From: an uncultured virus (IMG/VR IMGVR_UViG_3300021256_000067)
Taxonomy: Duplodnaviria; Heunggongvirae; Uroviricota; Caudoviricetes
Virus record (IMG/VR): IMGVR_UViG_3300021256_000067
Strand: one strand, 5' to 3'
DNA length: 64,000 nucleotides
Positions 30,455 through 40,446 of the stretch are shown here, in pieces. The first letter of the stretch is position 1. Every line of letters begins with the position of its first letter. Under the pieces are notes generated by a model, which did no database searches, was not told where the DNA came from, and saw only the letters and a program-made list of their open reading frames with translations. Made by a program: the position numbers and the translations under genes.

Positions 30455-33400
30455 TGGCTAATTTAATTATTAACAACAAAGGCATACAGAAAGTATTTGC
30501 CGGTATTAAAGAAATTTTTAACATTTGTAAAGGAAGTGAACAAATTTGGCAAAATTTTAAACCCATAGATCTTGGATTACCATCTGGAACTTTATGGGCT
30601 GACAGAAATTTAGGTGCAAAACGCCCAGAGGATTACGGAGGTGAATACGCTTGGGGTACAACAATAAACTCTAAATCAGAATCTTGGAATAATTATATAT
30701 GTCCAGAAGATAAATGTGGAACAGAAAAAGATCCATTAATCATGTCTAATCTTATATATAAAGATATTGATAATGAATATTTTGGTGATATATCTGGACG
30801 AGAGAAAGATATTACACATAAGAAAGGAAATAATAATTGGAGATTACCGACATGTGAAGAGGTTGATGAATTATTAAAATATTGTAAAACTTCACAAGTA
30901 TTTAAAACAGTAGATAATGGAGATAATACGACTACGGATGTACTTATCGGTATAAATTTAACAGGTTTAAATAATAATTCTATTTTTTTACCGATATTAA
31001 ACAAAGAAAGTAATGTAATTAATGAAGCATCAACTGCCATGAGTAATATAAAACATGGTTACTATTGGTCTGGAACAATTAATTCTGGAAATCCCAAGCA
31101 GGCATATTCATTTGTATTTAAATCGGATGATGTAAGCACAAATACTGTTCCTTCTATTGGTATGTGTGTTACATCACGTTTTAGACATTTGGCAATTCGT
31201 CCCGTAAGTAAGTTTAACAATAATGATATAATAAATAATGCCATAGATATTCCGACAATAAAATTTATAGATCCCGAGACTGATAATGAAATAACATCTG
31301 TGGAATTGTATAAAGGCGAAAGCAAAAGTTTATATTTTGAAATTTATCCAGAAACATCATCAGTCAAAAAAGTACATTTTGACAGTTCATCAAATTATGT
31401 AACCGTAACAAATACAGGATATATAACCGTTGATCCATCGGCTAATATAAATTCAACAACTGTAACGGCCACATTGCCAAACGGCAGAAAAGCTGAATGT
31501 ACTATTAATATAAAAAATCAAATTCCAATAGACAAAATAATATTAAATGATAAAAATAATAATCCTTTTACCGAAGAGTCAAACGACAGCATATCTATAA
31601 CAATTAATGAATGGGAATCTAAATGGATAGTACCGTCATTAATTAATGCAGATAATTCATCTGAAGGCATAATCGACAAGAAATTAAAATGGCAAGTTGT
31701 ATCAGGTACTGATAAAGCATTTATAGTCCCATTACATGATATGTCAATATACTGGGATAATACGGTGCCGGAAAATTTTGACTGTCATCCGGTAAAGATA
31801 TTCGGTTTAGCAAAAGGCACCGCGCAAATAAAGATTACAGCGTCTAATGATCCAAGCAAAATAAAATATATTAATGTTACAGTAACTTCTGCAAATACGA
31901 AAAAATGTAATGGACATACATTTGTTAATCTTGGAACATCTGGTTCTAATTATTGGTCAACTGAAAATGTAGGAGCATTAAATTATAATGAATATGGAAA
32001 TTACTATGCATTCGGCGATGTATCTACAAAAGCAACATATACTATAAGTAATTATCAACCTGATCCATCAACAGCGGCGGGAAATGTAGTATATCTTGGA
32101 GAAGAAATATATAATACTAAATATGATGCGGCATATAAAAATTGGGGAGGACATTGGAGGATGCCATCTTACCAGGAATTTAAACTATTGTCAACACTTA
32201 ATGACGCATGTGTAAAAATAGGCAGTATTACATATATTTTAAAAATGGGATTGCATAATGACAATTTCATTTTAATTCCGAAAAATGGATATTGGAATAC
32301 AAAAGTAAATGACAGGCCTTATAACTGTTATTATTGGTCGAGTACTTCTAAAATAACAAAACAGCCGACATCAAACAGTGATAAAAATATTGTATATGAA
32401 TATTGTACAGGATACAGAAATGTAAATTATACCAGACTTAAAGGAGGAGTAGAGAATGGGTGCGGTATCAGGCCTATATATACATTTGAAGCTCCATTAA
32501 TAGAATGTTCTACAAATATGTATAATATATCATATCCCTGGTCAGATTCCAGTGTAACAATATATTATACTGTTGATGGTACAGATCCAAAAATAAATGG
32601 TAATATATATAGTACATCTATAGATGCATCATTAAATAATATTAGGTCGGTTGCAAAGGATTCTGAAGGTAATTATAGTGAAGAAGCGGCTTCACAATAT
32701 ATTGATTTAGGATTACCGAGTGGAATAAAATGGTGTACGCATAATATTGGAGCATCAACATATAAAGACACAGGCAGTTTTTATGGATTGTCAAAACATA
32801 CATCTCAAGGTATATCAGGGAGCACAATCAAAGTTAATACAGCATTAATTAATAGCGGTTCATTCTGTGGAAATTCAAATTGTGATCCCGCGACTAAATT
32901 CTTAGGATCCAATTATTGTACCCCGACATTTGAGGATTTTCAAGAATTGGCCGAGAACTGTTCATTCATTTATACAAAACTCAATAACGGAAAAGAAAAT
33001 GAAATTAATATATATAAAGTTATTGGCCCCAATGGAAACCATATATATTTGCCATTTGGTACTACAAAAACTTCCGGAAATACAACCGGAGAAAGCCAAA
33101 AAGAAATAACATTAATGATTTCGGATTATATTAATTTAAGTAATAATAAATTAATGAATGGGTATGTAAAATTTAATAAAACCTACAGGGCAAGTGATGA
33201 TGATGGTATTTCTGTGCATAATTTAAATTCTGGTGCAAATATTGAATCAAATACAGGACTATTCCATATAAGGCCAATATATGGTAAAAACATTAATAAT
33301 ATAATGGGCAGTCCGCAATTCCGTAATAGTACTAAAGTTAATACAGTTAATCATTTTCCAATGATTCATGATGATAATACTGAACATGAGATTGTCGGAT

Positions 33401-34890
33401 CAACTTTATCACTAACCGATATACTTCATAATTCATGGTCACAATATTTCCCGGCAGGAATTATAGCCCCGAAATATAAATTTAATGGGGGCAGTCATTA
33501 TGGTGTAGGCGGATGTATGGCAATGGCTGGATGCCAGACAATGTGGTATCACAAATGGCCAGTGGTTAAAAAACATGAAGATGATTTTGAACGTACTTAT
33601 AGATGGAACTGCTGCACCGGAAATGGTGGACCTTCAGGGTGGAGAGCTATTTTTGTCGATGCGACGGGTAAAATATTCCCTTTGACATATCGAGAAAGCG
33701 TAAAAAATTATACAGTCAATAAAAAAAGAGTATATCATTATAATATACCTGGACAGTTTTTTACATGTATATATCAAAATAAAGTTGCGGCAACTCCAAC
33801 AAATATAATTTATCCAAGCTATGATGATAAACGTAAAGGAAGCCAATATACTTCCGATCAGGCAAATGAATATGGAAAGATTTTACTGGATTTTGCTCAG
33901 CTTATGTATAACCCTTCAGAATTTTATGGTGATCCTATACACTCTCTTCAATTAGGTCCTTATGAAACAGTTGGCACTGCCACTGATCTTAATAAGTCAA
34001 TGCAAACATTCTATCAGTACAGTAGAAAACAATTTTATATGAATCGAACAACTTGCACAAGAGAAATATTTGAAGAGCTTGTCCAAGACTCATTAAATAA
34101 TTATATGCCGATTACTGCCGATTCTCATGGGCATGAATGGATGATAACAGGATATGATACTTCATCGGGAAATTATTATATAAACATGAATGAAGGAGAT
34201 GCAAGTTCAAGATTACAGGATATAGACAATATAAAAGATGATACTAAAGAGTATTCACATGTATATATTGACTCAAATAGTAATACTAAATATTCTTATG
34301 CCGCTACCGCGATAATAGGAATTGCTCCGAATTGCGTAAAACAGTTAAAAGATTATTTCATGATGTACACATCAACTACTTATAGAAGTATAGCGGGTTC
34401 AAGCGAAAGTAAGTCTATTTTTGGTTATAGTACTTATATAAATAAAACTCCGGAAGAATATGCTGAAGATGGATATACCACATTAGGAACAAATATAGAA
34501 TTCGGAAAAAATGATATATTTACAATAAAATCTGCTGTAGTTACTCCTAAAGGAAATGCTGTCCCGGAAAGAGTATTCATAGCACTTTGTCTAGAAAAAG
34601 AAAATAGCGATTTAATTATACTTAAAAAAATATGGTATACTCCTATTTTTAAAGGAAGCTTTTCAAATGGGGGATCAATAACGGTTACAATTACTCCAGA
34701 AGATAATATTAATTTTTCTGCCGTTCCTGCAGGTAAATATGAATTAACTTTAAGATATTCAAAGAATGACGGTCAAACATATTCTGAACGAGTAATATTA
34801 CCAGATGTCCGTACAAGAGAAATATTAAAAGTAACTGTAACAAACACCACAGTAACAATTACTCCTGATTATAAAGAATATGGAACTTAA
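30454..34890 (+). CDS. Multidomain fibre/adhesin-like protein: three DLGLPSG (Fibrobacter major-domain-like) domains, Ig-like domains, C10-like cysteine peptidase
   Basis: DLGLPSGTLWA, NLGTSGSNYWS, DLGLPSGIKWC, each with a W-R-L/M-P-type motif; IYYTVDGTDP; WSQ...GGCMAMAGCQTMWYHKWP; GHEWMITGYD. Confidence 0.7.
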   Translation: MANLIINNKGIQKVFAGIKEIFNICKGSEQIWQNFKPIDLGLPSGTLWADRNLGAKRPEDYGGEYAWGTTINSKSESWNNYICPEDKCGTEKDPLIMSNLIYKDIDNEYFGDISGREKDITHKKGNNNWRLPTCEEVDELLKYCKTSQVFKTVDNGDNTTTDVLIGINLTGLNNNSIFLPILNKESNVINEASTAMSNIKHGYYWSGTINSGNPKQAYSFVFKSDDVSTNTVPSIGMCVTSRFRHLAIRPVSKFNNNDIINNAIDIPTIKFIDPETDNEITSVELYKGESKSLYFEIYPETSSVKKVHFDSSSNYVTVTNTGYITVDPSANINSTTVTATLPNGRKAECTINIKNQIPIDKIILNDKNNNPFTEESNDSISITINEWESKWIVPSLINADNSSEGIIDKKLKWQVVSGTDKAFIVPLHDMSIYWDNTVPENFDCHPVKIFGLAKGTAQIKITASNDPSKIKYINVTVTSANTKKCNGHTFVNLGTSGSNYWSTENVGALNYNEYGNYYAFGDVSTKATYTISNYQPDPSTAAGNVVYLGEEIYNTKYDAAYKNWGGHWRMPSYQEFKLLSTLNDACVKIGSITYILKMGLHNDNFILIPKNGYWNTKVNDRPYNCYYWSSTSKITKQPTSNSDKNIVYEYCTGYRNVNYTRLKGGVENGCGIRPIYTFEAPLIECSTNMYNISYPWSDSSVTIYYTVDGTDPKINGNIYSTSIDASLNNIRSVAKDSEGNYSEEAASQYIDLGLPSGIKWCTHNIGASTYKDTGSFYGLSKHTSQGISGSTIKVNTALINSGSFCGNSNCDPATKFLGSNYCTPTFEDFQELAENCSFIYTKLNNGKENEINIYKVIGPNGNHIYLPFGTTKTSGNTTGESQKEITLMISDYINLSNNKLMNGYVKFNKTYRASDDDGISVHNLNSGANIESNTGLFHIRPIYGKNINNIMGSPQFRNSTKVNTVNHFPMIHDDNTEHEIVGSTLSLTDILHNSWSQYFPAGIIAPKYKFNGGSHYGVGGCMAMAGCQTMWYHKWPVVKKHEDDFERTYRWNCCTGNGGPSGWRAIFVDATGKIFPLTYRESVKNYTVNKKRVYHYNIPGQFFTCIYQNKVAATPTNIIYPSYDDKRKGSQYTSDQANEYGKILLDFAQLMYNPSEFYGDPIHSLQLGPYETVGTATDLNKSMQTFYQYSRKQFYMNRTTCTREIFEELVQDSLNNYMPITADSHGHEWMITGYDTSSGNYYINMNEGDASSRLQDIDNIKDDTKEYSHVYIDSNSNTKYSYAATAIIGIAPNCVKQLKDYFMMYTSTTYRSIAGSSESKSIFGYSTYINKTPEEYAEDGYTTLGTNIEFGKNDIFTIKSAVVTPKGNAVPERVFIALCLEKENSDLIILKKIWYTPIFKGSFSNGGSITVTITPEDNINFSAVPAGKYELTLRYSKNDGQTYSERVILPDVRTREILKVTVTNTTVTITPDYKEYGT

Positions 34891-35054
34891 ATTTTTGAGA
34901 GACTAGATATTAATAAAAGATATTAAAAATAATTTATTAATAAACTGAAAATAGTATTAAATAATATTAAATTATTTCCCGGATTCACAAATTAGTTATA
35001 TCTTTACAAAGTGAATTTGGGAAATATTTTTTAATAACTATAAATTTCTTCATT

Positions 35055-35339
35055 ATGACTGTAAAAAAGTTTGATGTAACAAGTGGACCAAGTATCATAA
35101 AGCGTTATTTCACCATTTATACAAATGATGGTAAGAAAATCGGATCTATATCTGATGGGTTTATGTGTGAGGTTGGTGGAATGTGTTCAAGCGGGTTTAT
35201 CGTTCGCAAGTATGCAGGTCAATTGGAGATATATTCTACCGCCTTTGATGCTGTAAATAAAGGGCTTGGGTTATATTTACCAACTGCTGATGTAGATAAA
35301 TTATTAAACAAATTATTTAAAGAAGGATTTAAATTATGA
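35055..35339 (+). CDS. Small hypothetical protein
   Basis: Intact ORF after a near-consensus host -7 box (TATCTTTA 34999-35006). Confidence 0.6.
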   Translation: MTVKKFDVTSGPSIIKRYFTIYTNDGKKIGSISDGFMCEVGGMCSSGFIVRKYAGQLEIYSTAFDAVNKGLGLYLPTADVDKLLNKLFKEGFKL

Positions 35340-35614
35340 AAATTGCTATTATTGTACTTGCTGCATTCTGTATGGGATGCATGTTTGTTTGGTATAAAGG
35401 AAAGAAATTTAGATCAACATTGGATTTTATACTTCTGATTATAGTATGGATATTGGGTTTAATCGCAATTTGTAAAACCGCTATATGGTATGAAGAAGAA
35501 ATCACAGAACGCGTTGATAAAATTGCATATGAGAAATATCATTATGATCCTGTCACTATAGAGACGCTCGGAGATATAGATATGATAGCCTCATTGATGC
35601 TACAGTTGAAATGA
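35336..35614 (+). CDS. Small membrane protein
   Basis: Two hydrophobic segments; ATGA overlap. Confidence 0.6.
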   Translation: MKIAIIVLAAFCMGCMFVWYKGKKFRSTLDFILLIIVWILGLIAICKTAIWYEEEITERVDKIAYEKYHYDPVTIETLGDIDMIASLMLQLK

Positions 35615-35642
35615 TTTTGAAGTTACATGAACAAAAACTTTT

Positions 35643-36038
35643 ATGATTATGGCATTTGTTGACGGTGAAAATGGAGAAAACTTTATGACTGAAATTTTTG
35701 GGCTTCCCCAATTTGGCAGAAGTGATACTTGGAAAAAACAGTCTCAAACAGATAATAAAACAAATGATTATAAACGAATATGGCATAGTGGTAGTGAGAA
35801 ACCAGAGCTTTACAAAGACAAAATAACTGGTCATGAATTAAATACATATTGTATTTGTGTTCTATGGTATGACGGCTGGAAAGAGACTATGTGCCGAGTT
35901 ACAGAGGACGGCAATTTTGTGGATATCAGTAACAATGAATCATATGATCATGATTTTTTTGAGTATTGGTGCTATACTTATGACATTTATCCAGTAGATG
36001 CAGATAGTTATTTAGTTGATGTCAGCGTACAAGAATAA
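35643..36038 (+). CDS. Hypothetical protein (start uncertain)
   Basis: WHSGSEKP...WCY pattern resembling DUF551-like phage proteins. Confidence 0.5.
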   Translation: MIMAFVDGENGENFMTEIFGLPQFGRSDTWKKQSQTDNKTNDYKRIWHSGSEKPELYKDKITGHELNTYCICVLWYDGWKETMCRVTEDGNFVDISNNESYDHDFFEYWCYTYDIYPVDADSYLVDVSVQE

Positions 36039-36139
36039 AATTGATAAAAATATGGAAAATTACAAACAAAGATATAAAGAAACTCTTGAAAGAGCGCAAA
36101 GTTGAGACATTTTTAAAATTTAAAAATTAATATAAAAGT

Positions 36140-36289
36140 ATGAATAACATTATAAAGATATTACAATTTTTTTGTGGATTATTTAAATTGCATAAATGGG
36201 AAACCTTTACCAAAGGACAGATGTGTAAACGTTGCGGGAAAAAACGTTATATGGATAAATGGTCATATGAATTAAAAGAAAAATTATAA
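36140..36289 (+). CDS. 49-aa Cys/His protein (DUF1660-like), absent from the ORF track
   Basis: MNNIIKILQFFCGLFKLHKW...MCKRCGK; its stop abuts the next ATG at 36291. Confidence 0.55.
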   Translation: MNNIIKILQFFCGLFKLHKWETFTKGQMCKRCGKKRYMDKWSYELKEKL

Positions 36290-36290
36290 A

Positions 36291-36629
36291 ATGAATATAA
36301 TTGATTTAGAAATAAGTAATATAGGAAATTATTCATCATCAGTTATAGTAAAGACAGTTTCTACAGAACAATATGAATTTTTAACAGAAGTTATAAATGA
36401 GCTTAATGAAAATGGTGATATACATTCACCCACTATTAATATATGTAAAGCGACAAATACAGAAGAATGTATTGAATGGCTTGATATGGAGACATTAGAA
36501 TCTTCTTGTTGTAATTGCTGGTTGTTTGATTATAAAAATAATAATTGTAAGAATAAATCTTTATGTAAAAATGTAAGTGATCATAAAGGGTTTTATATTC
36601 CTTTTATAGATAAAAATTATGAAAAATAA
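36291..36629 (+). CDS. Hypothetical Cys-rich protein
   Basis: Intact ORF with CCNC...C...C. Confidence 0.55.
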   Translation: MNIIDLEISNIGNYSSSVIVKTVSTEQYEFLTEVINELNENGDIHSPTINICKATNTEECIEWLDMETLESSCCNCWLFDYKNNNCKNKSLCKNVSDHKGFYIPFIDKNYEK

Positions 36630-36972
36630 AGACAAAGATTATATAGTTAAGCAGTTAAATGATATTGATGATATAGGTAAACTTTCAGATGGTTTCCATA
36701 CATTTGATTCTTTATATTATCAAAGATGTATTTTATTTGCTGCACTGGTAAAACAGAATAAGGATAAAGCATGGAAATCAAGAAACCACGAAGATGGTAA
36801 ACCTTGTTTTGGCGGTGGATGGTTTATTGTTGGAATTGAAACACCTGAAGGACAGTATACTTATCACTATGAAAACAAATATTGGATTCTTTTTAATTGT
36901 AAAGAATTAGAAAAAGCTCCTAAATGGGATGGGCATACAGATAAAGATGTTGAACGATTATTAAGTATATAA
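36619..36972 (+). CDS. Conserved phage protein (WDGH motif)
   Basis: SDGFHTFDSLY, WKS..HEDG, GWFIVGI, TYHY, APKWDGHT. Confidence 0.75.
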   Translation: MKNKDKDYIVKQLNDIDDIGKLSDGFHTFDSLYYQRCILFAALVKQNKDKAWKSRNHEDGKPCFGGGWFIVGIETPEGQYTYHYENKYWILFNCKELEKAPKWDGHTDKDVERLLSI

Positions 36973-37092
36973 TATTTCATCAAATTTATTCTCATTCAAA
37001 TGTCTCTTAACGGCTTTAGATACATCTCTCATTATACTCTCATACAATGAATTGTTTTTATGTCTTTTTTGACTTGATCTTTTTGTAAGTAT
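36961..37092 (-). pseudogene. Orphan leader-only remnant of the leader family
   Basis: Translates ILTKRSSQKRHKNNSLYESIMRDVSKAVKRHLNENKFDEILYT*. ATA stands where the paralogue at 8180 has ATG, and the upstream sequence with AATAAATA (37110-37117) is nearly identical to that paralogue's. Confidence 0.7.
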
Positions 37093-37125
37093 ATTTAAAA
37101 TTATTTTTTTATTTATTAAAAATTA

Positions 37126-37668
37126 TTATATTAAAGCCTGAAGCTCTTCACTTATATCGGGGTCTTCAATATTGAATTCATTATTATAAATTTGAATCCA
37201 GATTATTCCTACGCATTGCCCCCATATATCATCATTACTATGTAAAAGATCTACATTTATTTTTCTGATAGGGTATATCTTATTTTTATATTTTCCTCTG
37301 GCTTGATCAAGAATCGCATCAGGCAACATAATTTCAGGACCGTATGTATCTATAAAGTCTATATCGGCTGTTGCCAGATTTTCAAACCATTTTCTTCGGC
37401 AGTCATTAATAAAATTCACATAATTAGTTCCTGTTTTAAATATTTCTGTTAATTCATCTAAAATTGTCTGGATATAATCAGTCATTTCTTCTTCATCAGA
37501 AAATCCGCCACCCATAATATTTTGTTCTGTTAGCATTTCTATAGTTTCATCTGATGGCCATGGTATTGAATCAAGATCATCTCCAGTAATATTAATAAAA
37601 TTTTTATCTGATTGATTATCAATATCTTGATTATTCCATTCAATTAATATTTTATTCAAGTATTTCAT
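37126..37668 (-). CDS. Leader-family acidic protein
   Basis: MKYLNKILIEWNNQD...FINITGDDL. Confidence 0.75.
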   Translation of the reverse strand: MKYLNKILIEWNNQDIDNQSDKNFINITGDDLDSIPWPSDETIEMLTEQNIMGGGFSDEEEMTDYIQTILDELTEIFKTGTNYVNFINDCRRKWFENLATADIDFIDTYGPEIMLPDAILDQARGKYKNKIYPIRKINVDLLHSNDDIWGQCVGIIWIQIYNNEFNIEDPDISEELQALI

Positions 37669-38303
37669 TTTTTTGTTATTTCATCATATTTATTTATAAG
37701 GGCTTCACATTTAGAATGCAAATAAGTTAATTTCTCTAAATCTATTACAGACTTTTTCCCAGGACGTTTTATAGAAACCCCTAATTCACGAGTCCAGCGA
37801 AATATGCATATAGAAATTATAAATGGCCCATCTGGCACATTTGACTCTATAAAGGCTGGATTTCTACAGAATCCCCAATTATCATTTATTTGTACATAGA
37901 TATCCCAATAAAAATCAGCATCTGTAGATAACGGGGCAAAGCTTGTTTTTTCATGGTCTTTAATATATCTGTACCATTGTTCGGCAAATTTTAAAAATGA
38001 CCAGAAAGTAATATCTGAATATTCTCCATATATAGGGCCAAAAGCAATATTTATAAAATTTATTATTACATCTTTAGTTATTTCGTTTATTCCAGGAAAG
38101 GGAAATCTAATATCATTAGAAATAATATCAAGAATCTTATTGCAGAATTCATCTTCTATTATTCCAAACTCTTTTTTCATAAAATACCAGAAACTCTGAC
38201 CCAAATTTTTTCCTGTAATATTAATAATTCCCTCTGGAGCTGTATCAGAATTATTATCCCATTCTATTAAAATCTCATTCAATATATTATGATTTGTATC
38301 CAT
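37665..38303 (-). CDS. Leader-family protein
   Basis: ILNEILIEWDNN...IINITGKNL; TATAAATA on the minus strand at 38308-38315. Confidence 0.75.
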   Translation of the reverse strand: MDTNHNILNEILIEWDNNSDTAPEGIINITGKNLGQSFWYFMKKEFGIIEDEFCNKILDIISNDIRFPFPGINEITKDVIINFINIAFGPIYGEYSDITFWSFLKFAEQWYRYIKDHEKTSFAPLSTDADFYWDIYVQINDNWGFCRNPAFIESNVPDGPFIISICIFRWTRELGVSIKRPGKKSVIDLEKLTYLHSKCEALINKYDEITKK

Positions 38304-38322
38304 ATATTATTTATAAAAATAA

Positions 38323-38354
38323 TAAACAATATTCATATATAGAATTTTAAAATA
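38323..38354 (+). promoter_or_regulatory. Putative middle promoter TAAAC-N17-TTTTAAAATA
   Basis: Upstream of ATG 38391. Confidence 0.5.
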
Positions 38355-38390
38355 TAAAACTTTAAAATTAATTTAAAAATAGTATTTTTT

Positions 38391-39659
38391 ATGAGAAAAT
38401 TTTTATCTCTTTTATTGATGCTCTTTATGGGTATGACTATGTGGGCAGGAACAGTAACAATTTGGGAAGAGGATTGGTCAACTGCCGAAAAAAATCAAAC
38501 ACCATCACAAGTAAATTCAATGTATTCAGAAACAGGCACAGGCACAAAGATTTATTTAGACAATTTTGCAGGTGGTACGTCTCCAGAATTATTAGTAGGA
38601 AAAGGCGGGGGTTCATTTACAGCCACAATTAACCTCAATGATATATCTGGCGAGTTAATTCTTGAATATAACTGTAATAAAAATATTGGTGTTTCTAGTT
38701 CAATAGATGGAGTAACAGTTAGTACTGCTACATCTTCGGGAAATCGTTACACAAGAACAATAACTGTTCCATCTAATCTTAATGTAAATACATTTGTAAT
38801 TACTTTTACTCAATCAACAAGTCAAAATGCTAGATTAGATAATATTATTCTTTATTATAATGAAGGGGCAGAGCCTCCAACATCAACTATCGCAGAAATT
38901 GCCACAGCTGCAGATTTTATTGCTTTAGAAAACAATAAAAAATTTAAGTTTATGGGTAATTTAGTTTGTATACAAGATTATATAGCAACAAATGCAAATG
39001 GTCAAGGTCAATCTCATTATCTTTATGTTGCTGATGAAACTGGAGGTATTGTAATTTATAATCCCGATTCAAGCACACCAACATATGAAACGACGGATGT
39101 TATTCCTGGTGGTTGGACAGCAATAAAGACATTTTATAAAAATTTGCCAGAAGCAGCAAGCGCAAAAGATCTTGCTGAAGCAACAACCACACAACATTTG
39201 GATCCTATTGAAATGACCATTGATGCTGCTAATAATAGTACAGATTATGGAGCATATATTATAATTAAAAATGTTTTAATCAGACCTCAAACAGATAATA
39301 TGTTGATGGAAGAAAACGGTCCATCTACTCATGATACAAATGTTATGATTACTGACGGTGGTGGCAATGATATTATTCTTTATTCAAATCATACAGCACC
39401 ATTCAATTTACCAACTGATTGGGAAACTGATACACGTTATGACATTATTGGAATATTAGGGGTTTATAATTTAAATAAACAAATTTATCCTATGGGGATT
39501 AAATTAAATGATGAAATAATTACTTCTATTGAAACTATTGATAATAATGTAAATAAAATTACATATTATAATATGCAAGGTATCGAAAGTATTAAACCAT
39601 TTAATGGTGTAAATATAGTAGTTACCGAATATAATAATGGAATAAAAAAAAATAAATAA
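38391..39659 (+). CDS. Secreted Bacteroidota-type surface protein with T9SS-CTD-like C-terminus
   Basis: Signal peptide MRKFLSLLLMLFMGMTMWA; C-terminal ITSIETI...YYNMQG...PFNGVNIVVT. Confidence 0.7.
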   Translation: MRKFLSLLLMLFMGMTMWAGTVTIWEEDWSTAEKNQTPSQVNSMYSETGTGTKIYLDNFAGGTSPELLVGKGGGSFTATINLNDISGELILEYNCNKNIGVSSSIDGVTVSTATSSGNRYTRTITVPSNLNVNTFVITFTQSTSQNARLDNIILYYNEGAEPPTSTIAEIATAADFIALENNKKFKFMGNLVCIQDYIATNANGQGQSHYLYVADETGGIVIYNPDSSTPTYETTDVIPGGWTAIKTFYKNLPEAASAKDLAEATTTQHLDPIEMTIDAANNSTDYGAYIIIKNVLIRPQTDNMLMEENGPSTHDTNVMITDGGGNDIILYSNHTAPFNLPTDWETDTRYDIIGILGVYNLNKQIYPMGIKLNDEIITSIETIDNNVNKITYYNMQGIESIKPFNGVNIVVTEYNNGIKKNK

Positions 39660-39689
39660 ACAGATTTATAAATTTTAAATTTTTAGAAC

Positions 39690-40337
39690 ATGAAAAAATT
39701 ATTTTATTTGTTTACACTTATTTGTGTAATGGTGATTGGATTTACTTCATGTAATTCCTGTAAGAATGAGAAGCAAGACGCTGACAATCAAAAGGTAGAT
39801 ACTGTTTTGGTAGTAGAAAATCTTATTTCAATGGATCGTGAGGCAATGACTCTTAACTTCAACAAAGATTATCGTTGGTATGAGACTTGCATTGTTGCTC
39901 AAGATTATTTTGACAGTGAGAACGCTAGTAAGGTAGTTGTTACAGGAGTATCTAACATTTTCCAATATCTTGTTAATGCCACTGAAAAGAGTGCTGACGT
40001 ACAAGTAGTAATGTATACTCATGTAAAGGATTCTACTGTTACTGAGGTTAAGAGCGGATTCTGGGTTGGTGACGAACCTATGAATGATCAACAGATTAAG
40101 CTTACATATGTTGAGGCATATAACAAGATGATGGCAACAAATATGCCAAAGCCACACTCTCGTCAATGTGTACTGCGCAAGGAGCTTGGTCCAAAGGATG
40201 CTAATCCTCAATATATCTTCGGTAATGTAAAAGCTCAAATTTATGTTGATGCCGTTACAGGTGAAGTATCTGACAAGAATCCTGTATATAAGGGATTTGA
40301 GAGTAAATTGCAAATGCCACTTGGAGAATGGCCATAA
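39690..40337 (+). CDS. Lipoprotein
   Basis: MKKLFYLFTLICVMVIGFTSC lipobox; PepSY-like C-terminal IYVDAVTGEV. Confidence 0.75.
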   Translation: MKKLFYLFTLICVMVIGFTSCNSCKNEKQDADNQKVDTVLVVENLISMDREAMTLNFNKDYRWYETCIVAQDYFDSENASKVVVTGVSNIFQYLVNATEKSADVQVVMYTHVKDSTVTEVKSGFWVGDEPMNDQQIKLTYVEAYNKMMATNMPKPHSRQCVLRKELGPKDANPQYIFGNVKAQIYVDAVTGEVSDKNPVYKGFESKLQMPLGEWP

Positions 40338-40371
40338 TTTTATGAGGTTATAGTTTAAATTAATTAATAAG

Positions 40372-40410
40372 TAAACAGGATCTTAGTTATTGAAGGTCCT
40401 GTTTATTTTT
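40372..40410 (+). terminator. Intrinsic terminator followed by late box TATAAATA (40411-40418)
   Basis: taaacaggatctt/aaggtcctgttta stem plus T tract. Confidence 0.7.
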
Positions 40411-40446
40411 TATAAATATAATAAATTAGAATTATTTTATAATTAT

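Noticed and set aside
36052..36105. Mini-ORF MENYKQRYKETLERAQS*
   Set aside because: It resembles the start of a common phage accessory protein but is only 17 codons; at most a decayed remnant.
40390..40446. ORF-track TTG start for gene 40390-41742
   Set aside because: It runs through a terminator hairpin and the TATAAATA box; ATG 40447 is the better start.
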